From Octopus vulgaris (Eukaryota): a stretch of DNA of 64,000 nucleotides. A program made the position numbers and the translations under genes. The first letter of the stretch is position 1, and each line of letters begins with the position of its first letter. The stretch covers positions 21,452,001 through 21,516,000 of the forward strand of contig OX597816.1 of NCBI GenBank assembly GCA_951406725.2. Reading direction: 5' to 3'. Positions 12,576 to 24,027 of this stretch are shown here, piece by piece. Under the pieces are notes generated by a model, which worked only from the letters and a program-made list of their open reading frames with translations, made no database searches and had not been told where the DNA came from.

Positions 12576-13164
12576 TGTATGTGTGTTTGTGTGTGTGCAT
12601 GTCTGTGTGTGTATTTCTGTGTGTGCATGTGTGTGCATGTGCATGTGTGTGTGTTTATATTCTATGTTGAGTTTGCAATCAGTAAAGTTTATTGACAATT
12701 ACCTGTCCATAAATTAATCTAATAGCTCTGTGCTTTGGAATATGTGTGGACAAACACATCCCATACTTGAAAAAAACCTCAGCGTTAGTGACAAAAAAGG
12801 CATCAGGCTTTAAACAGTGCCCAGTAGGGTGTATTTGTTTCACCCATTAAGTCCCACTGTCCTATAAATAGGACATGAAATGAGGACATTAAATAAGCTG
12901 TATCACATTGTCTCAGTGTCCTCTTTATAGGACACAGAGTATTTCCATTTCTACTTGAAGTAAAGGAGTTTTGATAATTAATTTTTTCATTTTAACCTAT
13001 TTTCAGTCATCTGTAAAAACTTTCTAACTGTGAGGTTTTAGGTTCAATTCTATTGTGTGGCACATTGGGTAAATGCCTTCTAATGCAGCCCTGGGCCACC
13101 AGATTCTGTCACCCCGTGAATTTGGCTGACAGAATCTTTGTCAAGGCCATCAAGCATGTATTCT

Positions 13165-13432
13165 TTCTTTCTTTCTTTCTTTTATTCATTTCAGTTACTT
13201 GACTGTGACCATGCTGGAGCACCGCTGTTTTAGTTGAACAAATCGACCCCAGGATTTATTCTTTGTAAGCCTACAAAATAGTATATTACTCTTTTACTCT
13301 TTTATTTATTTCAGTCATTTGACTGTGCCCATGCTGGAGCACTGCCTTTAGTCAAGCAAAATCGACCCCAGGATTTATTCTTTGTGAGCCTAGCACTTAT
13401 TCTATCAGTCTCTTTTGCCAATCCACTAAGTT
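13165..13432 (-). mobile_element. Two tandem SINE family A 3' tails
   Basis: GACTGTG..CATGCTGGAGCAC..GACCCCAGG occurs twice. Confidence 0.8.
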
Positions 13433-14042
13433 AAAAATTTTAAAGTAATATTCAGAAATTTAAGTACTCTGGGACTAAATGGCTTAATGTCAAAATACAG
13501 ACATGGAACAAAGGATGAAACAAATCTCATTGATGGTCATGAGTGGAATGCATTTGTTGAAGAAAGTCTAAATAGGGAATGAATCATAGCAACAATAATA
13601 ATAGAAGGATCTTCTGAACAGTTACTTGAGTGTTTAACGTCCATTTTTCCATGCTGGCATGGGTTGGATGGTCAGCTAGGGAGCTGTTCAGACTCTAATT
13701 GTCTGTTTCTACAACTGGATACCCACTCTAATGCCAACCATTTTACAGAGTATGCTGAGGTTTCTATGTGCCACCCACATAGGTGCAATAATACAGCACT
13801 AGGATGAGTGCATTTTATGTGGCACTGGCACCACGAAAGAACAAGACTACATGTATCGATACAGTTCTATATTTTGGAGATGAGGAATTATGTACATTAT
13901 TTACATTATTTACATTTGATGGATATTTGTCCTCATCTTGTTTGCTGTTATCGCAACATTTCGGCTTATATACCCTCCAGCCTTCATCAGGTGTCTTGGG
14001 GAAATTTCGAACTTGCGTTCGCGTTCCTCACGTATTTTTCGA

Positions 14043-14100
<58 letters not shown>

Positions 14101-14657
14101 GAGTGAGAGAGCAGTGCATGCCATCAAAGTGACACTGGGGTACAAATATACGAAGCCCAGTATACACATCATGACTACCCGTCTGATAAGGGTACACCAG
14201 GCACGTGCATTACAGACATATGTGTGCGACATGGTGATCTCATAACAAGATAAACAGCGCATGACCTTACGGGTGGGCCCCAGTTAGAGTTTTCTTCTGG
14301 TTGGGTAACCCATCCCACTCAAAAGGACCCTGATTAAGGGCTGTTTAAGGATGTTGAATGAAACACCCATGTTTCCAGAGGTGAATCATTCAAACCCCAA
14401 AGAATCCCTCTCAACACTTGGCTATGATGCTCCCCCACTATTTCTACTCGTGATCAGAGATGCACATATCGTCAGCCACTAAGGGACATGCTTAACTGGT
14501 TACGGTCAAACAACTGACAAGCAAATCTGTGGTATTGAGCAGAATATTTGCTGTAGCCCATCTTTTATACCAAGACAAAACAATGTACATGATAACACTT
14601 CCAGTCAGTTAAGATCAGAAGCCATGAGAGCCGCTGCCTGGTACTGCATCAGGGCAT
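14101..14657. mobile_element. Unclassified ~557-bp insertion within an (ATT)n tract
   Basis: Absent from the homologous arms at 34441-34770 and 61369-61570; flanked on both sides by ATT/AAT repeats. Confidence 0.7.
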
Positions 14658-14673
14658 AATTATTATTATTATA

Positions 14674-14708
<35 letters not shown>

Positions 14709-14748
14709 CATCATTACTATTGTTCAGGTCACTATGCCATATGCCTGT

Positions 14749-14822
14749 GGGGCAAATGGTGTAGTGGTTAAGAGCGCAGGCTACTAACCCAAATATTCCG
14801 AGTTCAATTCCAAGCAGTAACC
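14749..14822 (+). promoter_or_regulatory. tRNA-like Pol III internal promoter (A/B boxes, CTACTAA loop) in the PLE pLTR
   Basis: TGGTGTAGTGGTTAAG...GCAGGCTACTAACCC...GAGTTCAATTCC; homologues at 34771-34843 (-), 61570-61638 (-) and 61646-61690 (+). Confidence 0.7.
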
Positions 14823-15393
14823 AGAACAATAATAATAATAATAATAATAATGATAATAATAATAATAATAATAATGATGATGATGATGATGATAATAATA
14901 ATAACATCGAAGAATACCTTAGGAATGAGAACCCATGTTCAAAATTTCCCCAACACACCTGAAGAAGGCTGGCGGGTATATCAGCCGGAACGTTGTGTTA
15001 ATAACAAACAAGAGGAGGACAAATATCCGTTAAATGTAAATAATGTAAACAACGTACATAATATACATGTATGGATGACAGTGATTTTAGTTAGCTTAGC
15101 ATGTGTTCCCAAGTACAGCAAACCAGTACATCTCCTGGTCCCTTGTCATAATGCTGTCATGTGTATCAGTTTACTTGGTCATAAGTTCACAAAACTTGTA
15201 TCTACATTGCATCATTTTTAGTTGTACAAATTATAATATATCATACAGGAAAATGATTTAAATGTATTTCAATAAATTTACATAGAGGGAATTACAGTAG
15301 ACAAAATTATTCAGATGATAAGTTAAGATAAAGAAACATAACTGATGAGTGTTCACAATTATTTTGTGAGCCAAGATGTTCAACAGAAACAAA

Positions 15394-15784
15394 TCTCTCT
15401 TTATATAAAGCTGAAGCTGTCTGTGTATGGCAGGTTTGGTAGCCAGCAACTAACACTATCTTCTCCGAGACCCTGCGGCGCAAGTTGACCAAAATTGAGA
15501 GTATGATAGAAGAAGGCTTGATCTTTCTTTCGTAGAAGAATAATTCAAATCGGTTCATGTTAACACCAAAAATTATTTACATCGAAAAGTTGCTTTTTTT
15601 CTATGAAAATCCCTATTTTTTACGATTTTTTTACTGCTGTGTCGCCATTATTCGGTGCATTACACCTAGAAAAATGTTCACTTAACGAGAATAACAAGCT
15701 GCGTAATGCAAAAATTTTACTTTTCGAAAATTCCAATTCTAAAGGGTCGAAACAAACCCGAGCAACGCCGGGCGATACTGCTAG
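15394..15784 (+). mobile_element. Non-autonomous Helitron
   Basis: 5' TC, 3' hairpin CCCGAGCAACGCCGGG then CTAG, inserted between A and T; second partial copy at 54432-54710. Confidence 0.8.
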
Positions 15785-16259
15785 TTCTCTATAAAAACGT
15801 ATTAGGAAAAAATTAAAAGAAAAAATAAAATAAGATTTTTTAAAATATATATGGATTTATTATGACAGATCAGAAAAACTCCATCCAAGATAAATCATTA
15901 GCAAAATATCTCTTCTGAAGATCTGACTATTAAGAATAATTCCTAGTTAATCTCTTTACCACTAACACTAGTCTAACTAGATATAACAAATAACTAAACC
16001 AAATAAACAAATTGTTGAATAAATCTCTGTTTTCTTGTTACTTGAAAGTATTCAACATTTAATTCTCCAAAGAAATATTTCTATTTTATGCATTCTGTTT
16101 TATATGTGTTGTTGATTTTAGACAATAATACTATATATGTGTATGTATGTACTGGAAGTCTTTATATAAGCACAAACCATAAGCACATACATACTCATAC
16201 ACATTCGCACAACAACACCATAAAAATTATTTAATTTTGTGCACACATACACACACAAA

Positions 16260-16260
<1 letters not shown>

Positions 16261-16290
<30 letters not shown>

Positions 16291-17192
16291 GTTTAACGTC
16301 CCTTCTCCATGCTAGCATGGGTTGGACGGTTCGACCGGGGATCTGGGAAGCCAGAAGGCTGCACAAGGCTCCGGTCTTATCTGGCAAAGTTTCTACAGCT
16401 GGATGCCTTTCCTAACGCCAACCACTCCGAGAGTGTAGTGGGCGCTTTTTACGTGCCACCTGCACTGGTGCCAGGCGAGGCTGGCATCGGCCACGGTCGG
16501 ATTGGTGCATTTTACGTGCCACCTGCACGGAAGCCAGTCGAGGCGGCACTGGCATCGGCCACGATTCGGATAGTGCCTTTTACGTATCTCCAGTCCAGGG
16601 GTCCTGGCATCTGCCGGGTGTCAGTCATAGGATTGGTTCAATTTCGATTCCGATTTCACTTGCCCCAACAGGTCTTCGCAAGCAAAGGGGTGTTGGCATA
16701 GATGCCTGTCGTCGGATGAGGTTCGATATCGACTTCGCTTGCCTCAACAGGTCTTTGTGTGTCCAAAGGAGGAAAAGCATGCATAAGTGGGCTGGACTCA
16801 CTTGTCCTGCCTGGTCTTTTCACGCACAGCAAATTTCCAAAGGTCTCGGTCGCTGGTCATTTCCTCAGTGAGACTTAAAGTTCGAAGGTCGGGCTTCACC
16901 ACCTCGTCCCAAGTTTTCCTGGGTCTACCTCTTCCACGGGTTCCCTCCACTGCTAGGGATTGGCACTTTTTCACACACCTATCTTCATCCATTCTCGCCA
17001 CATGACCATACCAGCGCAATCGTCTCTCTTGCACACCACAACTGATGCTCCTTAGGTCCAACATTTCTCTCAGGGTACTAACGCTCTGTCGAGCATGCAC
17101 TCTGACATTACACATCCATCAGAGCATACTGGCTTCATTTCTCGCGAGCCTACGCATGTCCTTAGCAGTCACGGCCCATGTTTCACTGCCAT
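16261..17192 (-). mobile_element. 5'-truncated RTE LINE with complete 3'UTR (source of family B) and (GAT)n tail
   Basis: YGSETWAVTAKDMRRLARNEASML..RRLRWYGHVARM..GRGRPRKTWDEVV (16798-17190) contiguous with UTR repeats. Confidence 0.92.
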
Positions 17193-17302
17193 ACATATAA
17201 TTAATATATATATATATATATATATAATTAATATATATATAATTAATATATATATTAATATATATATATATATAATTAATATATATATAATTATATATAT
17301 AT

Positions 17303-18486
17303 TTTTTCTCTAGTTTCAGCTCAGAGCTGCGGCCATGCTGATGCACCGCCGTTTTGTGCTACACTGTTATTGCGAAGAACCTCGTCTAATATGTGGCACT
17401 TGGTGAAGAATAGAGTTTTATATAGCTACTCTCATTTGCACCTCTTGCCTTGGCGTAGGTTCTTCTGGGACTCTTGACAGGAAGATGTCCAGCTTTGATT
17501 TAAAAACCGCTACATCTACCTTGTGCAAGTTCCTCAAACTCTTTGAGAGAATATTAAAAAGCTGTGGGCCCTTGAAACCCAGGCTGTTGCAGTAGCTGGT
17601 CCTGAAGCGTGATGGCATTGCTGGGATCTTTGGCACTATGCAGTGTCGTCCCGTTCTAGCATTGGTGTAGCTTGCAATGCCAAAATTTGGCACAATTTCT
17701 TCCAGGATCTTCCAGACATATATTACTGCATACCTCTCTCATCTTCTCTCCAGGGAGTAGAATCTTAGCTGTTTCAACCTTTCCCAGTAGCTGAGCTGTT
17801 GCAAAGAGACGATCTTCTTTGTGAATCTTCTCTGGATTGCTTCAATGTCCGCCGTTAATTTTACACTGGTGGGTGACCATAGCTGTGAGCAGTAATCCAG
17901 GCGGCTGAGGACGAATGTCAGCCAGAGGACCATCATGGTTTCCTTATCTCTGATTCTGAATGTTCTTAGGATCCACCCAGCCAGTCGTCTGAACTTTGTC
18001 GCCATCCTGGTAATGTGCACTTGGAAAGAGGTATCATCACTCATGTCGATACCCAGATCCCTCACAGACTTAGGCTCTGGGATTGAAATTCCCTGTGGAC
18101 CGGTGTATCCTGTAAGTTTAATATTCAGTTTTGGATGCTGGTAGCGCAGGGCCTGGAATTTTTCAGCATTAAATTGTATATTATTATCCTCAGCCCATCT
18201 GTAGATTGAGTCCAACTCCTGCTGCAGGTGTGCAACATCACTGGGGTTCTGTATTTGCTGCGAGACTTTCGTATCGTCTGCATAGCTGGCCAGAGTGGCT
18301 ATCCGGGCATTTGAGGGCATATCTGAGAGGGCCACTATAAAAAGCAGTGGTCCCAAGACAGTGACCTGTGGAGCACCGCTCACTATTTGTGTGTTCATAG
18401 AGGTGGCTCCATTAACCACAACTGTCTGATTCCTATCTTTCAGGAAGTCATATAACCACACTCCAAGTTCTCCAGCTATGCCGGAA

Positions 18487-18490
<4 letters not shown>
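17303..18490 (-). mobile_element. 5'-truncated CR1-like LINE (RT C-terminal half + 3'UTR)
   Basis: GAPQVTVLGPLLF..YADDTK..FNAEKFQ..RDLGI..SRLDYCSQLWSP..YWERLKQL..SLERR, with a frameshift into ORF 17418-17693. Confidence 0.92.
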
Positions 18491-18510
<20 letters not shown>

Positions 18511-18522
<12 letters not shown>

Positions 18523-19821
18523 AAATTTATGAATAAATGAAAGAATGGAGTTGAACGACAAATTAACAAATTTCCTTTATTTTCGACATATGTTTCGAAG
18601 GCTGCATATTCCTAATTGTGAAGGAATAAGGAGTACATCATGCCGCTTTCTCATCAGGAAAAACAAGGAATTTATGTCAACATCAAGATTCACAAAAACT
18701 TTTAGATGACTGCTCTCACGGAGCGCGTAGCGATAATGATAATGAGTGTCTCTTTAATATTCCTTTATAAGGAGTGACGTCAAACTGGTTGAATGTAGAA
18801 AATTGTAGAAGGTTCTAAAGGTTCAAGAGATCAAACGAAGTAGGGGGAGAGAGGCCTAAGAAAAGTAAGGTGATTTGGAACAGGTCGTATGCATGGTGGG
18901 TTTTGTTAAATTCTTTTGTGAATGAGTGTCTGTGTGAGTGAATGAATATAACTGTATTAATACCTATGTGTGTGTATGTGTGTGCGTGAATGCGTATGTG
19001 GATGGGTAGATGTCAAAAAAACAGATAGTGGAGTTGTAGCAGATATGTGTCTGTGTGCTTGATTACTATAGATATAGGGAGAGAGAGAAAAAAAAAGGGA
19101 AAGAGGAGGGTGAGGTATTGGGACAAAGGCAAAACAAACGTCAATGGATTGGGTAGTATGTCTTTGAAAGCATAAAATTTTTTTTTTTAAACTAAAGGGG
19201 TGAAATATATAAATGGAAATATATTAATTAAAATTCAATATATAGTAATTCTATATTAGTCATTATTCATATGAGTGAAATGTGTGTTTTCTCCAGTGCA
19301 AGCACATGTAGGACCTCTCGACGATTGAATTTATTAAAGGTACATTGGCGAATAATATATGAAAAAATTCAGAATTACAGATGCCACAAATTTTTCTGCC
19401 CTTATCAAACGGAACGGATACCGACAAAATGGACCATTCCAGCTTGAAGATTGAATTGCTGTCTTTCAGACGCCAAATTAGTTTGCTTAATCCCGTGCTG
19501 TGTTGTTTTCTCTTATCTCGGAAAGTTGAATAATGGTTGGAGATCCTTTGGGCTAATTTAGACGAAGTTGCCCCTATGTAAAAGAAGACATCGGTACCCG
19601 AAGAAATTTTGCATTGGTAAATTGTGTTTCTAATTTTGGAATTTTGGGATAAGAACTTTAATCTGTTGGGGTTAACCTCCGAGACTAATACGGAGTTTTT
19701 ATTGTTATGATAAAGCTGCTTATCATAACAATAGCCAATGCTGCTATGAATGCTGCTAATATCAATACTTTTTCTATTACTATTATTATTGTATGTTAGG
19801 TTGGAATTAGCAATGGTAATA
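18511..19821 (-). mobile_element. Penelope-like element 3' end: GIY-YIG endonuclease + 3' region with hammerhead
   Basis: ORF 19263-19820: TIYQCKI..FYIGAT..RISNH..STGLSKLIWRLK..WSIL..CGIC..E..LIN..CLH; hammerhead ~600 nt downstream. Confidence 0.85.
18571..18673 (-). ncRNA. Type-I hammerhead ribozyme, intact core, in PLE 3' region
   Basis: Minus strand: TTCCTTGTTTTTC-CTGATGA-GAA..TTC-GAAA-CATATG-TC-GAAAATAAAGGAA; palindromic helix III, GUC site. Confidence 0.85.
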
Positions 19822-19956
19822 TTAGGTTGTCCCAAAAGTTCGTAAACACTTGCGAAAATTGAATTTTTACTCGCCAAGTACTAACAAAAACAACAAAAAT
19901 TATTCCTCAAAATAAAGACCATTATTTTCCAAGACTTTCTACGAACTTTTGGGACA

Positions 19957-19962
<6 letters not shown>
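19822..19962. mobile_element. Mariner-type MITE
   Basis: 21-bp TIRs AGGTTGTCCCAAAAGTTCGTA (19824-19844, 19940-19960) with TA flanks. Confidence 0.85.
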
Positions 19963-19999
<37 letters not shown>

Positions 20000-20074
20000 G
20001 CGTGCAAATATATATGTGTATATATCCACATACATATATATACTTATACATATATATATACATATATATAAACA

Positions 20075-20107
<33 letters not shown>

Positions 20108-20111
<4 letters not shown>

Positions 20112-20644
20112 TCGTTTAACGTCTGCTTTCCATGCTAGCATCGGTTGGAGTATTTGACTGAGGACTGGCGAACCAGATGGCTGCATCAGGCTCCAATCTG
20201 ATCTGGCAGAGTTCCTACACCTACACCTGGATGCCCTTCCTAACACAAACCACTCCGAGAGTGTAATGGGTGCTTTTACGTGCCACCGGCACGCGGACCA
20301 GTCAGGCGGTACTAGCAACGGCCATGCTCAAATGGTGCTTTTTATGTGCCACCTGCACAGAAGCCAGTCCAGCAGCACTGGCAACAACCTCGGTCGACTG
20401 TTTTTTCACGTGCCACCAGCACAAGTGCCAGTAAGGCAACTCAGATAACGATCACGCTCAAATGTTGCTTTTTACTTTGCCATCAGCACGGAGGCCACCT
20501 TGTTGTTCTGGCAACGATCATGCTTGAATGGTACTCTTAGCACTCCACTAGCACGAATGCCAGTCATCGAATTTGATTTCGATTTTGATTTCGCTTACCT
20601 CAACAGATCTTTTCAAGCAGAGTTTAGTGTCCAATGAAGGAAAG
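20108..20644 (-). mobile_element. Family B RTE 3'UTR, long copy
   Basis: Collinear with 46578-47130 and 53700-54110. Confidence 0.85.
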
Positions 20645-20649
20645 ATTGA

Positions 20650-21037
20650 AGTTCACCAAATACACGAATCCTTTCCAGAAAATCCTGTCTGATAAGATAT
20701 CCCAATGAAATCATGTCCTAATTTGCACGTCCTAACGCATACAACCACAAATATTTATTCTGAACCACCGAAGATTTACAATGACTTGATATGGAAGGAG
20801 TTAAACTCTATAAACATGCAAGCAAAAATGCTGTGGAGTGGATTAATGACACTCACTTAGAAATCATCTCTAGTTTGGGTCTACTTATGGTGCAAAATCT
20901 CCCAATGCCCTCCTGAAGGACCATAAGTCTGAATATTTTAACAAATCCTTCGAGTAGATTGATCTGCCCAACCAAATCTGATTTGGGTAGAAACAGTAAA
21001 TATATTATCGATCGTATTATTCCCATCGTGAGGAAGC
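20650..21037 (+). pseudogene. Degenerate Penelope-like RT N-terminal fragment
   Basis: LKDHK..(frameshift)..RLICPTKSDLGRNSKYIIDRI resembles the PLE RT motif KDHK..RLINP.KSE.G..SK..LD. Confidence 0.6.
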
Positions 21038-21580
21038 AGAGCAGAGCAGAGCTCAACAGAACGGAACGGAGGATAGGGCAACGCTACGCAACTAAACGCT
21101 ACGCAACACAGCGCAACGCAAAGCAACACAACACAACGCAAAGCAAGGCAATGTAACGCAAGGCAAAGCAAAGCAACGCAATGATGCACAACACAGCGCA
21201 ACGCAACGCAATGCAACGCAACGCAACGCAAGGCAACGCAAGGGAAGGCAACGCAACTCAAAGCTAGGCAAGGCATCGCAAGGCAAGGCAAGGCAACACA
21301 AGGCATCGCAAGGCAAGACAATGCAAGGCAGCGCAACGTTATGCAACACATCACAACACAGCACAAGGCAAGGCAAGGCCAGGCAACGCGAGGCTGCGTA
21401 ACAGAGCGCAATGCAACGCAACGCAAAGCTAAGGCAAAGCATCGCAAGGCAACACAAGGCATCGCAAGGCAACGCAAGGCGTCGCAAGGCATCGCAAGGC
21501 ATCGCAAGGCAACGCAAGGCAAAGCTAAGCAAGGCATCGCAAGGCAAAGCAATGCAACGCTAAGCAATGCAATGCAAAGC
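21036..21580. repeat. Pentanucleotide (GCAAC/GCAAG/GCATC)n satellite
   Basis: About 105 degenerate 5-mers. Confidence 0.95.
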
Positions 21581-22039
21581 GACCTACTAAACGCTCAACT
21601 TGTCAATTATCTGAATTTCTTATTTCAACCTGGCAATCCTTATACTTTCTGCAGTTACTGAGCTGTCACCATGTAGTGCCTTACTGGGTTTTACCTCAGA
21701 AAAGGAACCCTCAGGAAGTAAATGTTTTATACAGTGAGATGAATTTGCACTATTTCCTACAACTACTTAAAATTTTTCTGAAACGGCAGCAGGTTTGGAC
21801 TAATAATTTCAATCGCTTCTTTTAATTTATTTTCTACCTTCATGATACCCTTATATATTTTTTTCTTTTTATATACTCATATTTCATTTTTTATGCTTAT
21901 ATTTCTATATGCTTCCCATGAAACTCTTAATACGTAAGTCGAGTTTTTGACCGAGGTCTCATCATCAGTCACCCCCAATGGCACTCAGAGCGAGCTGTGA
22001 TCGCCATAGCGCTGACTGTGGGTTCTTAGCAGTGGACAT

Positions 22040-22207
22040 TCATACGATGGGCTTCTTTCAGTTTCCGTCTACCAAATCCACTCACAAGGCTTTGGTCAGA
22101 CCAAGCCTATAGTAAAAGACACTTGCCCAAGATGCCACGCAGTGGGACTGAACCTGGAACCATGTGGTTGGTAAGCAAGCTACTTACCAAACAGCAATTC
22201 CTGCGCC
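22040..22207 (-). mobile_element. SINE family A 5' half
   Basis: Matches the head of 3401-3560. Confidence 0.85.
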
Positions 22208-22409
22208 ATGATAAATAACATTTTAAGATTTTTAAGGAACTCTAGACACTGCTATGAAACCAGTGACCATAACAGTAGCCAAGGTCATTGATAGCATAAC
22301 TCTGTCCAGAGTCCATTATAACTCTTAATTCATACCACAATTATACTTATACTCATTACAAATGTATTGTATACACTGTTATGTATATTTACACACATAC
22401 ATTTATATA

Positions 22410-22827
22410 TCTTTCTTTCTTCTTTTTTTCTTCTTTTTACTTGTTTCAGTCATTTGACTGCGGCCATGCTGGAGCACTGCCTTTAATCGAGCAACTCGAC
22501 CCTGGGACTTATTCTTTTGTAAACCCAGTACTTATTCTATCGGTCTCTTTTGCCGAACCGCTAAGTAATGGGGACATAAACACACCAGCATCGATTGTCA
22601 AGCAATGCTAGGGGGACAAACACAGACACACAAACACATATATATATATACATATACATATATACAATGGGCTTCTTTCAGTTTCCGTCTACCAAATCCA
22701 CTCTCAAGGCTTTGGTCGGCCCGAGGCTATAGTAGAAGACACTTGCCCAAGGTCTCACGTGGTGGGACTGAACCCGGAACCATGTGGTTGGTAAACAAGC
22801 TACTTACCACACAGCCACTCCTGCGCC
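22410..22827 (-). mobile_element. SINE family A, full length
   Basis: Collinear with other copies. Confidence 0.9.
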
Positions 22828-23014
22828 AAAGAGTGGGAGAAAGAGTGATGAAAGAGTATAGCAGGGATCTCCCCCCCCCCACCTGCCAGAGCCTCGTGGA
22901 TCTTTCTAGGTGTTTTCGCTCAATAAACACTCACAACGCCCGGTCTGGGAATCGAAACCGCAATCCTACGACCACGAGTCCGCTGCCCTAACCACTGGGC
23001 CATTGTGCCTCCAC
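22828..23014 (-). mobile_element. SINE family D 5' part abutting the family A head
   Basis: Matches 48925-49105. Confidence 0.85.
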
Positions 23015-24027
23015 AATATATGGATGTAGGTTCCTTTGTGTGCAGGTATATGTCTATATGTTATATAAAAGACATCACTGCATCCAAGTTTAATCTTTCC
23101 AAGGATATTTCAGGTTTCCTTTTCAGCCCTCTATGATTCATTTGGAACAATAGCATTCGAAAACTGCGTTATTCTATTATTGTTTAAAAACATTACCACC
23201 CTTATCATCAGAATAACAGGATGGTAATAATGGCCTGGTGTTCATTCACTATATACTAAGTTGTATAGTTTCATAAGAATACAGCTGTGACTGATAAAAC
23301 CTCCATAACTGGATTTAAAAAATTATATAACTATTAAGTCCTTTATAGATTTTGTTCTTTATTTTTCCTTTCAGTGTATCTGTGTGTTGACATTTTTTTG
23401 GTTGCATTTTGCTATTAACAATTCCTCTTCACACATTCTTCTTTTTTATTGCATTATTCTATATTACAAAATTTCAAAGTTTTCTCTCTGATTTATTTTG
23501 TGTGTTTAATTATTTTGTATTATTCTGGATACAGTAACAGAAATTACAAATGCAGTTTTGGTTAAATTGTATGCATACATCATGCAACAAAAGCACCTGT
23601 TATACTAAAGACAATCCTTCATAAGCTTCTCTTATCTCACAGAACTGAAATCTTCATTTGCTTCCCACATTGTAGTTTGTGTGTACAAAAAATATAGCAC
23701 ACCTCCACTCACTACTGTAGTCTCATGTAGTTGGAAGAGATCTATAATCTAAATCATGTGAGTCACATGGTAACCACAGCAGTGCTGGTGCCATATAAAA
23801 TCAACGCAGGGCACTCTGTAAAGGTTTTGGCATAAGGAAGGTATCCAGCTGTAGAAACCACTCAATGCAACCCTCCAATGTATCAGATTCTGTTAAACCA
23901 TGCAGCTCATGTCAGCAGGAAAGATGGTTACAGATGATGATGATGTACCCATGCATATGTGTGCATGTGTGTGTGTGTGTGAGCATATCCATATGTATAT
24001 ATAAATATAAATATATATGTATATATA

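Larger units (their letters stand above)
13861..15062. mobile_element. Fold-back Penelope-like pLTR insertion (tRNA-like + (AAT)n + hammerhead), copy 1
   Basis: Arms 13861-14100 (-) and 14749-15062 (+) are inverted repeats with hammerhead motifs at 13950-13995 (-) and 14954-14999 (+). Confidence 0.85.

Noticed and set aside
14749-14822. Functional tRNA gene (ACT anticodon)
   Set aside because: The acceptor and anticodon stems do not pair properly and copies are variable and embedded in a mobile element. The same applies to the SINE heads.
15335-15395. CTGATGA..GAAAC candidate hammerhead
   Set aside because: No helix I or helix III closure; likely chance.
20938-21661. Cys/Leu/Ala-rich ORFs up to 209 aa
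   Set aside because: Translation of a pentanucleotide satellite.
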